This document shows positions 28,341 through 38,617 of a stretch of DNA of 64,000 bases, in pieces. Under the pieces are notes generated by a model. It ran no database searches. It worked only from the letters and a program-made list of their open reading frames with translations, and was not told the origin of the DNA. The translations under genes and the position numbers were made by a program. Position 1 is the first letter of the stretch. Each line of letters starts with the position of its first letter. The stretch comes from an uncultured Chloroflexia bacterium (GTDB taxonomy: Bacteria > Chloroflexota > Limnocylindria > Limnocylindrales > CSP1-4): contig OY970218.1 in assembly GCA_963713975.1 (NCBI GenBank), positions 2,912,001-2,976,000 of the forward strand, read 5' to 3'.

Positions 28341-29213
28341 ATGACCTCACAGGGGACCGGTGATGGCGGCGCCGGCCGTGCCCCGGACGAGGAGACCCTG
28401 GCGAGCTGGGAGCCGCCGACGCCCGATGCACCGCCTGCTCCTGCGGCCCCGGCTCGGGGCCAGTATCCCGGTTCTGCCGCCGCTCCGCCGCCTCCCGGTG
28501 CGGCGGCCCCCCAGGGGTACGGCCCGCCCGGCGGCGTGACAGCCCCGCCCGGCGGCGTGTGGGCGCCTCCGGCACCCGGTGGGGCCGCCTACGGTGTCCC
28601 CGGTGTCCCGGCCATCCGTTTCGCGGGGACGCTGCCGCGCGTCCTCGCCTGGATGCTCGATGGGCTCCTCGTCGGCATCGTGGCGGGGCTCCTTGCCGGC
28701 GTCGTCGGAGCGTTCATGTCGAGCGCCGAGACCGCTGCGATCGTCACGACGATCGTCTACATGGGTCTCGAGCTGCTGTACTTCGTCGGGTTCTGGACCG
28801 GTGGCAGCCGGGCGACGCCCGGCATGAGGGTGTTCAGCCTCCAGATCGGCAACGCGGCCGACGGGCGGGCGCTCACCATGAACCAGGCGCTTGTCCGGTG
28901 GGTGGCCCTTGGCCTTCCATTCCAAGCCTTGGCACTGCTGCCGCCGCCGGCCAGCAGCATCGGCGGGATCGCGGCCCTGTGGGCCCTGGTTCTGCTCATC
29001 ACGACGATCGCGAGTCCTACGAAGCAGGGTCTTCACGACCGATGGGCCGGCTCCGCGATCGTCCAGCCGGTCGGTCGCGACGGACCGGTCGTCGCGTGCC
29101 TGATCCTGGCCGTGCTGGTGTTCGTGATCCTGCCTATCCTCGCGATCGGCGCATTCATCTTCGTCGGTGCCCAGGTGTTCACCATCCTCTCGGAGGTCGG
29201 CACCTCGATCTAG
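28341..29213 (+). CDS. RDD family membrane protein with Pro-rich N-terminus
   Basis: RVLAWMLD, TPGMR, QGLHDRWAG. Confidence 0.85.
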   Translation: MTSQGTGDGGAGRAPDEETLASWEPPTPDAPPAPAAPARGQYPGSAAAPPPPGAAAPQGYGPPGGVTAPPGGVWAPPAPGGAAYGVPGVPAIRFAGTLPRVLAWMLDGLLVGIVAGLLAGVVGAFMSSAETAAIVTTIVYMGLELLYFVGFWTGGSRATPGMRVFSLQIGNAADGRALTMNQALVRWVALGLPFQALALLPPPASSIGGIAALWALVLLITTIASPTKQGLHDRWAGSAIVQPVGRDGPVVACLILAVLVFVILPILAIGAFIFVGAQVFTILSEVGTSI

Positions 29214-29242
29214 GCAGCGGCCGGTCCCGGTAGACTGGGCGG

Positions 29243-30790
29243 GTGACCAGACCTGACCTCGTGCCGCCCGTCGACGATCTCGACGCCGAGCAGGTCGACG
29301 GCATCCTGGACATGGATCCAGAGCGCTTCCGGGTGGGCGGTTATGCCGTGGTCGACCGCATCGCGGACTACCTTGCGGAGGTCGAGTCGTACCGGATCCT
29401 GCCGTCGATCGAGCCCGGCACCATCGGGCCGCAGTTCGCGACCCATGCACCCGCCGCGCCCGAGCCCATGACGAGGATCCTCGCCGACGTGGACCGCCTG
29501 GTGCTCCCCAACGCGACGCACTGGCAGCACCCGGGGTTCTTCGCCTACTTCGCGACGTCGGCGTCCGGCCCCGGGATCCTGGGCGAGATGCTGACCGCGG
29601 CCCTGGGACAGAACCCGATGCTCTGGCGGACCTCGCCGGTCGGGACGGAGCTCGAGAGCGTGGTCGTCCGCTGGCTCCGGGAGGAGCTGGGGTTGCCGGA
29701 GGCGTTCGAGGGCCTGCTCACGGACACGGCGAGCACCTCGACGCTGATCGCTCTCGCGGCGGCGAGGGAGGCGGCCGGGCTCGATGCTGCTGCCCTGGGT
29801 ATCGCGGGCCGCGCCGATGTCCCGCAGGTCCGCGTGTACGGGTCGGCGGAGGCCCACAGCTCGGTCGACAAGGCCTGCATGACGCTCGGGCTGGGACGAG
29901 CGGCGCTGGGCAAGGTCCCCACCAACGAGCGCTTCGAGATGGACGCGTCCGCGCTCGCGGCGGCGATCGCCGAGGACAGGATGGCGGGCCGGCGGCCGAT
30001 CGCGATCGTGGCCACGATCGGGACGACCTCGTCCACCTCCGTCGACCCGGTGGCTGTCATCGCGGACATCGCGGAGCGCGAGGGCCTGTGGCTGCACGTG
30101 GATGCCGCCTATGCCGGTCCCGTCGCGCTGCTGCCCGAGCGGCGTGGCCCGTTCGCGGGCTGGGAACGCGCGGACTCGGTGGTCCTGAACCCGCACAAGT
30201 GGCTGTTCACACCACTTGATGCCTCGCTGCTGCTCAGCCGTCGCATGGACCAGCTGCGGGCGGCATTCAGCCTCGTGCCCGAGTACCTGCGAACGCTGGA
30301 CCGCGTCGAGCCCGTCTTCGACTACAACGAGTACCAGCCGCAGCTGGGGCGCCGGATGCGCGCGCTCAAACTGTGGATGCAGCTCCGCTGGTTTGGCATG
30401 GACGGGATCCGGCGGCGCCTGGAGCACCATCTCGCGGAGGCGGAGCGCTTCGCCGGCTGGGTGGACGCCGACCCGGACTGGGAGCGGCTGGCGCCGACGC
30501 CGTTCTCAACGGTGTGCTTCCGGTACCGTCCGGCAGGCCTTGCCGGTGGCGAGGACCAGCCCGACGTGCACGCCCGGCTGGACAGCATCAACGCGGCGCT
30601 GATGCATGCCGTGAATGCCACCGGCGAGGTGTTCCTGTCGCACACCCGCCTCGGGGACCGGTTCACGATCCGGATCGCGATCGGCAACCTGCGGACGGAG
30701 GCCCGCCACGTCGAACGGGCGTGGGAGCTGCTCCGCCGCGAGGCCGCACGGCTCGCCACACAGGAGACAGACGATGTCCGACCCGGTTGA
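29243..30790 (+). CDS. PLP-dependent group II (aromatic L-amino acid) decarboxylase
   Basis: THWQHPGFFAYF, HSSVDKA, WLHVDAAYAG, NPHKW, LGRRMRALKLW. Confidence 0.92.
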   Translation: MTRPDLVPPVDDLDAEQVDGILDMDPERFRVGGYAVVDRIADYLAEVESYRILPSIEPGTIGPQFATHAPAAPEPMTRILADVDRLVLPNATHWQHPGFFAYFATSASGPGILGEMLTAALGQNPMLWRTSPVGTELESVVVRWLREELGLPEAFEGLLTDTASTSTLIALAAAREAAGLDAAALGIAGRADVPQVRVYGSAEAHSSVDKACMTLGLGRAALGKVPTNERFEMDASALAAAIAEDRMAGRRPIAIVATIGTTSSTSVDPVAVIADIAEREGLWLHVDAAYAGPVALLPERRGPFAGWERADSVVLNPHKWLFTPLDASLLLSRRMDQLRAAFSLVPEYLRTLDRVEPVFDYNEYQPQLGRRMRALKLWMQLRWFGMDGIRRRLEHHLAEAERFAGWVDADPDWERLAPTPFSTVCFRYRPAGLAGGEDQPDVHARLDSINAALMHAVNATGEVFLSHTRLGDRFTIRIAIGNLRTEARHVERAWELLRREAARLATQETDDVRPG

Positions 30791-31133
30791 GGTCCTGTAC
30801 TTCTACCGCACGAAGTGGGGCGCGCACGACGAATTCGTCGCGCTGTTCCGAAAGAACCACTGGCCGATCCTGCGCGAGCAGTGGGACGCGGGGCGATACG
30901 TGAATGTGGAGCTGTTCACCCCCCGCTTCCACGGCGGTGGGGGAGCGGACTGGGACGTGCTGGTGTCGATCACCTACCGCGACTGGGCGGCGATCCAGGA
31001 GCACAGCGACGGCGAGATCGTGCTGCGCCTGTACCCGGACCAGGCCGCGTTCGCCGAGGAGGAGCGACGACGGTTCGACCTCCTCGAGGCACACTGGGAC
31101 GTGGTGCTGGAGCCCCGGCCCCTGGAACGCTAG
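30774..31133 (+). CDS. hypothetical protein (possible dimeric alpha-beta barrel)
   Basis: GGAG RBS; YFYRTKWG..EF..LFRKNHWP..L.AHWDV. Confidence 0.7.
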   Translation: MSDPVEVLYFYRTKWGAHDEFVALFRKNHWPILREQWDAGRYVNVELFTPRFHGGGGADWDVLVSITYRDWAAIQEHSDGEIVLRLYPDQAAFAEEERRRFDLLEAHWDVVLEPRPLER

Positions 31134-31255
31134 CTGGCGGCTGCGCCGGCCCGCGATCGCGCCTGCGGGCGGCCGCGGCAGGGACGTCGCGCTTCGTCGA
31201 TGGGTCCGCGATAATGGACGCCTGTCCCGCCCGCTCACCGGAGGCCGACGCGCCC

Positions 31256-31645
31256 GTGCCGCCCATCACCGAGCTCACCCGCATCGAACCCGTCTTCCTC
31301 GATCGTCTCGAGAAGCAGGGGATCTTCACCACGGGCATCCTGCTTGAGGTGTCCGAGACGCAGACCCGCCGCCAGACGCTCGCCGACCACGTCCGCGCGA
31401 CGATCAACGACGTCTCGACCTGGCGTGACGAGGCACTGATGCTGAACCTCGCCGGCTTCGGCCCGGCCGAGCACCAGCTGTTCATCCAGGCCGGGATCGA
31501 GGGCCTGCGCGACCTGCTGAAGACGGAGCTGGCGCCGTTCCGGGAGCGCGTCGCCACCGCGGCCGGGGAGCTGGGCACGGAGCCGCCGCCGGACCTCATG
31601 ATCGAGACGTGGTGGGAGCAGGCGAGGACGCTCGAGGAGGCATAA
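31256..31645 (+). CDS. DUF4332-like protein
   Basis: LEKQGIFTT..LL, LFIQAGIEGL; HhH-like pattern. Confidence 0.65.
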   Translation: MPPITELTRIEPVFLDRLEKQGIFTTGILLEVSETQTRRQTLADHVRATINDVSTWRDEALMLNLAGFGPAEHQLFIQAGIEGLRDLLKTELAPFRERVATAAGELGTEPPPDLMIETWWEQARTLEEA

Positions 31646-31709
31646 GGAGGGCACGCCGCCGGAGCCGTCAACGGGGCATGTCTCCCGCACCCGGTACCAT
31701 CGGCGCCTG

Positions 31710-32375
31710 ATGGATTCCATCCGCGGCGCCCTGGCCGCCCTCGTCACCGGCGTGGCTGCCGCCCTCGTCATCGTCGCCCTCTCGATCCTGCCGTTCCTCA
31801 ATCCCGCGTGGGTCGGCTTCGCCCAGGAGCGAGCCCAGGCCGCGGCGTGGACGGGTTTCGCGCCCGAGCAGCTGAGCGCGGCGACCGATGCGATCCTCGC
31901 GGATCTCATCGTCGGCCCGCCGGACTTCGATGTGGCGCTGGACGGCACCCCAGTCCTCAACGATCGTGAGCGGGGCCACATGCAGGATGTCCGCAGCGTG
32001 TTCGCGTCGTTCTTCCTGCTCGCCGCAGGGGCGGCGGTCGTGCTTGCGGTCCAGTTCCTGCTCGCCCGTGGGCCGCAGGCAAGGGCACGGCTCTGGCGCC
32101 GCCTCGGGCGCACCGGGATCGTGGTCGCGGTGGTGACCGTCATCGGCGGTGTGCTCGCGATGCTGTTCTTCGACGCCGCGTTCGAGCTCTTCCACGAGCT
32201 GTTCTTCCCGGCGGGCAGCTACCTGTTCGATCCGAGCACGGAACGGCTGGTCCAGCTCTTCCCGCAGCAGTTCTGGGTGGAGAGCACGGTCGGCGTTGGG
32301 ATCGTGATCATCGTCCTGTCGGTGGTTCTCACCTGGATCGCCCGGCGGCGTGCCGCAACGCTGGAGGCCCGATGA
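31710..32375 (+). CDS. TIGR01906/DUF1461 membrane protein (Lit-like)
   Basis: ERGHMQDVRSVF, FELFHELFF, LVQLFPQQFW. Confidence 0.85.
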   Translation: MDSIRGALAALVTGVAAALVIVALSILPFLNPAWVGFAQERAQAAAWTGFAPEQLSAATDAILADLIVGPPDFDVALDGTPVLNDRERGHMQDVRSVFASFFLLAAGAAVVLAVQFLLARGPQARARLWRRLGRTGIVVAVVTVIGGVLAMLFFDAAFELFHELFFPAGSYLFDPSTERLVQLFPQQFWVESTVGVGIVIIVLSVVLTWIARRRAATLEAR

Positions 32376-33523
32376 CCGCCAGCCTGTCAATCGTGCGGCT
32401 GTTCGGGATCGAAATCCGTGTCTCGTTCGCCTGGGTCGCGGTCCTGGCCGTTGTCGCGCTCATCGGCGTGCAGCAGGCGTCACTGACCGCTCCCGGGATG
32501 GCGGCCCCGCTGCACTGGCTCGTCGGGGCGCTCGTCGCACTGGGCTTCCTCGCCTCGGTCATCGCGCACGAGCTGGGTCATGCCCTCGTCGGCCGTGGGC
32601 GCGGCGTGGTCACGACGAGCATCCAGCTCGGCTTCGTCGGCGGGCTGGCACCGCTCTCGATCGAGGCGTCGCGGGCCCGTGACGAGCTCGCGATCGCCAT
32701 CGCGGGTCCCGCGGTCTCGCTCCTGGTCGCGGTACTGGCCACCGGGCTTGGCGCGATCGCGGGAACGGCGGGCGGCGTCCTGGCGGCAGCCGGCGGCGGG
32801 CTGCTGGTCATCGGGGGCCTGAACGTCGTCCTCGCCGGGTTGAGCCTGCTGCCCGGCATGCCCCTGGATGGCGGACGGATCGTCCGAGCGCTCGCGTGGG
32901 CCCGTACCCACGACAAGTACCGGGCGGGAAGGGTCACCGCGCTGGTGGGCCGTATCCTGGGCTGGACGACCGTAGGGGTGGGCCTGGCGCTCACATTCAT
33001 GGACCAGGTGACGGCCGGCCTGCTGGTCCTGTGCTTCGGATGGCTGCTCGCCACCGGCGCACGGACCCTCGATCGCCGCCTGGGCCTCGAGCGGCTTCTC
33101 GCGGGCAGCACGGTTGGCGAGGCCATGCGGAGCGACGTGTCGCGCGTCACGCCGAACCTCACGATCGACACGTTCGCGGATCGCTACGCCGGTGACGACG
33201 CGGTCTCCAGCCTTCCCGTGGTTGCGGACGAGGTCGTCCTGGGGGTGATCGGAGCGAAGCGGCTCCAGCGGCTGGGACGCCGCCGGTTCGCCGCGACGCG
33301 GGCGGAGGACGTCATGGCGACACCCCCGGTTGCACCGTTCCTCGCTCCCGCCGACGACCTGTGGGCTGCGGTGGACCTCATGAACCAGCGAGCTCTGGAC
33401 GGGCTGGCGGTGGCGGTCGATGGGCGCCTGGAGGGCATGGTGACGCGCGAATTGATCGGCGATGTCATCCGAGGCCGGCTGGCGGTTTCGGGGGCCGAGC
33501 CCGAGCGACGGGGACGCCGGTGA
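32372..33523 (+). CDS. site-2 protease with CBS domains
   Basis: HELGH, AGP, LPGMPLDGGR; C-terminal CBS pair. Confidence 0.9.
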   Translation: MTASLSIVRLFGIEIRVSFAWVAVLAVVALIGVQQASLTAPGMAAPLHWLVGALVALGFLASVIAHELGHALVGRGRGVVTTSIQLGFVGGLAPLSIEASRARDELAIAIAGPAVSLLVAVLATGLGAIAGTAGGVLAAAGGGLLVIGGLNVVLAGLSLLPGMPLDGGRIVRALAWARTHDKYRAGRVTALVGRILGWTTVGVGLALTFMDQVTAGLLVLCFGWLLATGARTLDRRLGLERLLAGSTVGEAMRSDVSRVTPNLTIDTFADRYAGDDAVSSLPVVADEVVLGVIGAKRLQRLGRRRFAATRAEDVMATPPVAPFLAPADDLWAAVDLMNQRALDGLAVAVDGRLEGMVTRELIGDVIRGRLAVSGAEPERRGRR

Positions 33524-34842
33524 GCGCTGACCTGCTGAGCGTCGAAGCGGCGCTGGCAACCGTCCTGGCCGGTGTGGAGCCCCTCGCCGATCTCGAGGAG
33601 ATGGAGCCGGAGGCGGCCCTGGGCCGGGTGCTCGCACGTGCCGTCGGAGCGACGACTTCGCTGCCGCCCTGGGACAACTCGGCGATGGACGGCTACGCGA
33701 TCCGGGCCGCCGACGTGGTCCGGGCGACGGAATCGGAGCCCTCGCGGCTGGTCGTGGTGGGTGAGGTTCGGGCGGGCGCCCAGCCCGATGTCCGGGTGCT
33801 CGGCGGGACCGCCGTGAGGATCGCGACCGGGGCGGTGCTGCCGCCCGGCGCCGATGCCGTCGTCCCCGTCGAGCTCACCACGCCGCTCGATGCCAGCGGC
33901 AATCCGGGACCTCGGGGCCGCGAGGCCGCGGGTCCCCTCCCGGCTGCGTGCCGCGTGCACGTCGCCGTCGAGGCCGGGAACGCGATCCGTCGCGCCGCCT
34001 CCGATGTGACGGCCGGGACGATCGTGGCCGAGATCGGGACGCTCGTCACGCCAGCTGTCGTGGCGCTGGTCGCCGGTGCGGGGTGCGGGACCGTGACGGT
34101 TCGCCGGCGACCGGTGGTGGCGGTCCTGGCGACGGGGGATGAGATCCGCGCTCCGGGCACGACCCTCGGTCCGGCCGGGATCCCGGATGCCAACGGCCCG
34201 GGCCTGCGTGCGCTGGTACGCGACGCCGGGGCGACCGCGAGAGACCTCGGCATCGCGTCGGATCGACTCGACGACGTGGACGGCCGCCTGCGGGCGGGTC
34301 TCGCCGACGCGGACCTGGTGGTGGTGTCGGGTGGCGTCTCGGTGGGTCCCTATGACGTCGTGCGGCTGGCCTTCGAGGCCGTGGGGCACATGAACCTGTG
34401 GCGCGTTGCGATCCAGCCCGGCAAGCCCTTCGCGTTCGGGCGAGCCGACGTTCCCGGCCGCGACGCCCCGGTGCTGCTGTTCGGCCTGCCCGGCAACCCG
34501 GTGTCGTCGTTCGTGACCTTCGAGCTGTTCGTGCGACCCGTGATCCGGCGGCTCGCCGGCCACGCGATCCTCGGTCGGGCCATGGATCGCGCCGTCCTGG
34601 AGGAGCCCGTGACCAAGAGCGTGGGACGGCGCGGCTTCCAGCGGGTGACCGCCATGCGTGCCTCGGACGGGTCGCCGCTGCGCGACCAGGCCGGGCGCGT
34701 CCGCGTCCGACTCGCGGGAGGACAGGGGAGCCACGTGCTCTCGGCGCTTGCCGCGGCCGATGCGCTCGCCATCGTCCCGGAGCCGCTCGAACGGGCCGAG
34801 ACCGGGACCGAGGTCGAGCTGCGCTGGCTGGACCGCGACTGA
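33520..34842 (+). CDS. moeA: molybdopterin molybdenumtransferase
   Basis: PPWDNSAMDGYA, TGDE, SGGVSVG, PGKP, GLPGNPVSS. Confidence 0.95.
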   Translation: MSADLLSVEAALATVLAGVEPLADLEEMEPEAALGRVLARAVGATTSLPPWDNSAMDGYAIRAADVVRATESEPSRLVVVGEVRAGAQPDVRVLGGTAVRIATGAVLPPGADAVVPVELTTPLDASGNPGPRGREAAGPLPAACRVHVAVEAGNAIRRAASDVTAGTIVAEIGTLVTPAVVALVAGAGCGTVTVRRRPVVAVLATGDEIRAPGTTLGPAGIPDANGPGLRALVRDAGATARDLGIASDRLDDVDGRLRAGLADADLVVVSGGVSVGPYDVVRLAFEAVGHMNLWRVAIQPGKPFAFGRADVPGRDAPVLLFGLPGNPVSSFVTFELFVRPVIRRLAGHAILGRAMDRAVLEEPVTKSVGRRGFQRVTAMRASDGSPLRDQAGRVRVRLAGGQGSHVLSALAAADALAIVPEPLERAETGTEVELRWLDRD

Positions 34843-34910
34843 TCATCCGGAGGATCGGCCCGGCGGCCGGCGGCCCGGACCGCTAGGATCGGAGTCCACC
34901 AGGAGGACCC

Positions 34911-35501
34911 ATGGACCGCAGCGACGCACCGCGCGCCGAACGCCGCCGCCTTACTCACGTCGATCGTCGCGGCCGCCCGCGCATGGTGGACGTGAGCGCC
35001 AAGCCGCCCACCCCCCGACGTGCCGTGGCCGAGGCCGAGGTCGCCGTGTCCGCCGAGACCATGAGCCTGGTGATCGACGGCGGCAACGCCAAGGGCGATG
35101 TCCTGATGGTGGCCGAGCTGGCAGGCGTCATGGGAGGCAAGCGGGCGTCAGACCTCATCCCGCTGTGCCATCCGATCGCGCTCACGGACCTCGTGGTGAG
35201 CATCACGCCCGACCGGGCTGCCGGCGTGCTGCGGGTTCGCGCGGAGGCCGCCACGACCGGGCCCACGGGCGTCGAGATGGAGGCGATGACCGCCGCGTCG
35301 GTTGCCGCGCTCACCGTGTACGACATGGTGAAGGGCCTGGAACGAGGCGTGGAGATCAGGGGCCTGCGACTGGTGTCCAAGACGGGCGGCAAGAGCGGTG
35401 AGTGGCACCGGCCGGCCGCGGGCGAGGAGGCAGCGAAGCCGCGCCGCAAGCCGGGTGAGCGCATGGCGGGCCGCGTCGGAAAGCGGAAGCCGGCGGGATG
35501 A
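34911..35501 (+). CDS. moaC: cyclic pyranopterin monophosphate synthase
   Basis: MVDVSAK, LIPLCHPI, TGVEMEAMT, YDMVK, KTGGKSG. Confidence 0.96.
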   Translation: MDRSDAPRAERRRLTHVDRRGRPRMVDVSAKPPTPRRAVAEAEVAVSAETMSLVIDGGNAKGDVLMVAELAGVMGGKRASDLIPLCHPIALTDLVVSITPDRAAGVLRVRAEAATTGPTGVEMEAMTAASVAALTVYDMVKGLERGVEIRGLRLVSKTGGKSGEWHRPAAGEEAAKPRRKPGERMAGRVGKRKPAG

Positions 35502-36076
35502 GCGCCCCTGGGGCACCGCCGCCGGGCCGGCCGGCGTTGCCACTGACCCGTTCGGTGCTGGTCCTCACGGTCAGCGACCGCACCTTCGAGGGCACGCGCG
35601 CAGATGTCTCCGGTGAACGCCTCGGAGACCGGCTGCGCACCCTGGGCTTCGCGGTCGAGCGGCGCGTCGTGCCCGATGACGTCCCGCTCATCGCGGCAGC
35701 GCTCGTCGACGGAGCAGCCCGTCACGGCCTGGTCGTGACCACCGGCGGCACGGGCCTGACGCCGCGGGACGTGACCCCGCAGGCCACCGCCTCGGTCCTT
35801 GCCTACGAGGTCCCGGGGATGGCCGAGGCCATGCGCGCCGACGGCCGCCGGTCCACGCCGTTCGCCGTGCTGTCGCGCGGCCTGGTGGGCGTTCGAGGCG
35901 GCTCCCTGATTGTCAACGTGCCCGGTTCGCCGGGCGGCGCCATCGACTCGTTCGAAGTGCTCGTTCCGGTCCTCGACCACGCGCTGGCGACGCTGGCGGG
36001 CCCGTTCGATCACGATGCCACATCGTATGGCCGGGCAGCGTCGCCTCCGGGCGCTCCGAACGATCCGGACGCCTGA
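35498..36076 (+). CDS. MogA/MoaB molybdopterin adenylyltransferase
   Basis: LTVSDR, TTGGTGLTPRDVTPQAT, LSRG, NVPGSP. Confidence 0.93.
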   Translation: MSAPGAPPPGRPALPLTRSVLVLTVSDRTFEGTRADVSGERLGDRLRTLGFAVERRVVPDDVPLIAAALVDGAARHGLVVTTGGTGLTPRDVTPQATASVLAYEVPGMAEAMRADGRRSTPFAVLSRGLVGVRGGSLIVNVPGSPGGAIDSFEVLVPVLDHALATLAGPFDHDATSYGRAASPPGAPNDPDA

Positions 36077-36079
36077 GCC

Positions 36080-38200
36080 ATGTTCCCGGCCTTCGCGAAC
36101 GTCCCGTTCTACCCGCTGGTCTTCCCGGTCTTCTGGGGCGCGGTCGTGTTCTTCGCCCTCGCGATGGCCCGCCACCTGCGCGTGTTCGCGGCCGCCCGCA
36201 ACGCGTCTCCCAGCGATCGGGTCGGGACGAGGCTATGGGGGGCCGTCCGCTATGGCCTGTTCCAGACGCGGATGTTCCGCGACCGCTCCGCCGGGCTGAT
36301 GCACTTCGGCATCTTCTGGGGCTTCGTCCTGCTCACGATCGGGACCGCGAACGCCGTGACCGGCGGCCTGGTCCAGGCGATCCTGGAGATCCCGTTGGAC
36401 GGGCTGCTGTGGACCCTGGTCATGGCCCTGCAGAACGCCATGGCGCTGGTCGTGCTGGCCGCGACCGCCTACGCCATCTACCGGCGCGTGGTCCTGCGGC
36501 CAGCGCGCCTCACGCTCAGCCGCCATTCGCTCGACGTCCTGTTCCTGATCGGGGCGGTCGTCGCGAGCGAGCTGCTGGCGCAGGTGTTCGAGGTCGCCGC
36601 CTACGGCACGATCCCGGGGGCGTTCGTCGCGAACGCGCTGGGCGGGGCGATGGCGGGGCTCGGTCAGGAGGTCGCGGGCACCCTGTTCGCCATCCTGTGG
36701 TGGGCGCACATCGTCCTGGTCGCGGCCTTCCTGTGCTACCTGCCGTACGGAAAGCACCTCCACATAGCGACGGCACTCCCCAACATCCTCCTCCGCAAGC
36801 TCCGGCCGCGAGGCGAGCTGCCCGCGATGGACCTCGAGGCGGAGGATGCGACATTCGGGATCCGCACGGTCGCCGACCTGTCCTGGAAGGACCTGCTCGA
36901 CGGCTTCACCTGCACGGAGTGTGGCCGGTGCCAGCAGGCGTGCCCGGCGTATGCGACCGGCAAGCCGCTCAATCCCAAGACCTTCATCATGGGCATCCGT
37001 CACGAGTCCGTGGAGGCCGAGGCGGGCCTCCCGCTGATCCCGAACTCGCCGTCGGTGCGCACGACCTTCGGTCTCGATGACACGCTCAAGCCGGCCGCCG
37101 TCGCCCGGCCGCTGGTGGATGCCGCCATCCCCTACGACGCCGTGTGGGACTGCCTGACCTGCGGCGCCTGCGTGGAGGCGTGCCCGGTGACGATCGAGCA
37201 CGTCGACAAGATCGTCGGCCTGCGGAGGAACCTCGTCCTGGAGGACAGTCGGTTCCCGCAGGAGATCGCCGGGGCGTTCCGGGGCATGGAGAGCGTCGGC
37301 AACCCGTGGGGCCAGCCGCCGTCCGCCCGCCTGGAGTGGGCGAAGGGACTCCCGTTCCAGGTCCGGACGGTCGCCGAGGTGAAGGCGGCCGGTGCGCTCG
37401 AGGATCTGGAGGTCCTGTACTGGGTCGGCTGTGCGGCGGCCTTTGACGACCGCAACCGGCGCGTCGCTCGTGCCGTGGCCACCTGCCTGGATGCGGCCGG
37501 CGTCTCCTTCGCCGTCCTCGGGCAGGAGGAGAGCTGCACCGGCGACCCGGCCCGGCGGATGGGCAACGACTACGTGTTCCAGATCCTCGCGGGCCAGAAC
37601 ATCGAGACCCTGAACCGGTACGGGATGGGCGAGCGGACGATCGTCACGGCCTGCCCGCACTGCTTCAACACCATCGGCAACGAGTACGGCCAGCTGGGCG
37701 GGGCGTTCACGATCCGCCATCACAGCGAGTTCCTCTCGGACCTCGTGGGCTCCGGGCGGCTGGTGCTGGGAACGGACGGGCTACCCCGCTCGGTGACCTA
37801 CCACGACTCCTGCTACCTGGCCCGCTACAACGGCGTGATTGCCGCGCCGCGAGACGTCCTCGGCGCCATCCCCGGAGTGGAGCTGGTGGAGATGGACGCG
37901 AGCGGCCGCCAGACCTTCTGCTGCGGTGCGGGCGGCGGCCGGATGTGGATGGAGGAGACCCGCGGGACTCGCGTCAACGCAGCCCGGACGCTCCAGGTGC
38001 TGGAGACGGGAGCCGCCACGGTCGCCACGGCCTGCCCGTTCTGCATGGTGATGCTCCGCGACGGGCTGACGGACGCGGGCCGCGGGGCCGACGCCGGGGA
38101 GCCGGTCACGGCCCAGGACATCAGCGAGATGCTGGCCGCGGCGATCGCGCCGCTCGGCGAGCGGCACGTGCCCGAGGGTCGCTCACTGCCGGTCGTCTGA
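36080..38200 (+). CDS. membrane-bound Fe-S oxidoreductase (FadF/HdrD-like)
   Basis: N-terminal TMs; [24 protein letters not shown]; CCG domains (YHDSCY, CCGAGGG). Confidence 0.9.
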   Translation: MFPAFANVPFYPLVFPVFWGAVVFFALAMARHLRVFAAARNASPSDRVGTRLWGAVRYGLFQTRMFRDRSAGLMHFGIFWGFVLLTIGTANAVTGGLVQAILEIPLDGLLWTLVMALQNAMALVVLAATAYAIYRRVVLRPARLTLSRHSLDVLFLIGAVVASELLAQVFEVAAYGTIPGAFVANALGGAMAGLGQEVAGTLFAILWWAHIVLVAAFLCYLPYGKHLHIATALPNILLRKLRPRGELPAMDLEAEDATFGIRTVADLSWKDLLDGFTCTECGRCQQACPAYATGKPLNPKTFIMGIRHESVEAEAGLPLIPNSPSVRTTFGLDDTLKPAAVARPLVDAAIPYDAVWDCLTCGACVEACPVTIEHVDKIVGLRRNLVLEDSRFPQEIAGAFRGMESVGNPWGQPPSARLEWAKGLPFQVRTVAEVKAAGALEDLEVLYWVGCAAAFDDRNRRVARAVATCLDAAGVSFAVLGQEESCTGDPARRMGNDYVFQILAGQNIETLNRYGMGERTIVTACPHCFNTIGNEYGQLGGAFTIRHHSEFLSDLVGSGRLVLGTDGLPRSVTYHDSCYLARYNGVIAAPRDVLGAIPGVELVEMDASGRQTFCCGAGGGRMWMEETRGTRVNAARTLQVLETGAATVATACPFCMVMLRDGLTDAGRGADAGEPVTAQDISEMLAAAIAPLGERHVPEGRSLPVV

Positions 38201-38246
38201 GGTGAAGGGCGCGATCCAGGGCGCTCCAGGGCGCCACGCAGGGCTG

Positions 38247-38468
38247 CTACCCCTTGAGCGCGGTTCCGCAGCTGCTGCAGGTCCGCTCCGTCCAGAGGTT
38301 GCCCATCGCGCAGTGCGGGCAGACCTTCTGGCCTTCCGTGGCCACGGAGATGGGGGAGTCCCTGGCTGCCACGTCCGCATCGGATTCGGGGCGGGCGGTG
38401 ATGCGCCAGATAGCGAGAAGGGCGACGATGGCGGCGATCAAGATGCCCAACAGGAAGATCAGGTCCAT
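38247..38468 (-). CDS. small TM-anchored zinc-ribbon protein
   Basis: N-terminal TM; CPHC...CSSCG. Confidence 0.7.
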   Translation of the reverse strand: MDLIFLLGILIAAIVALLAIWRITARPESDADVAARDSPISVATEGQKVCPHCAMGNLWTERTCSSCGTALKG

Positions 38469-38617
38469 GGCGGCCCTCCGGCCGGATCGGCGCGGCATCG
38501 CAGCGACGACGGTTTCGCGCCGACTGCCCCGGAATCGTAGACCGATCGCGGGCAGATGTCATCCCTGACGATCGGGCCCCGACACGTTCGTGTCTGCTGC
38601 TGGGTGGCGCTGCTAGG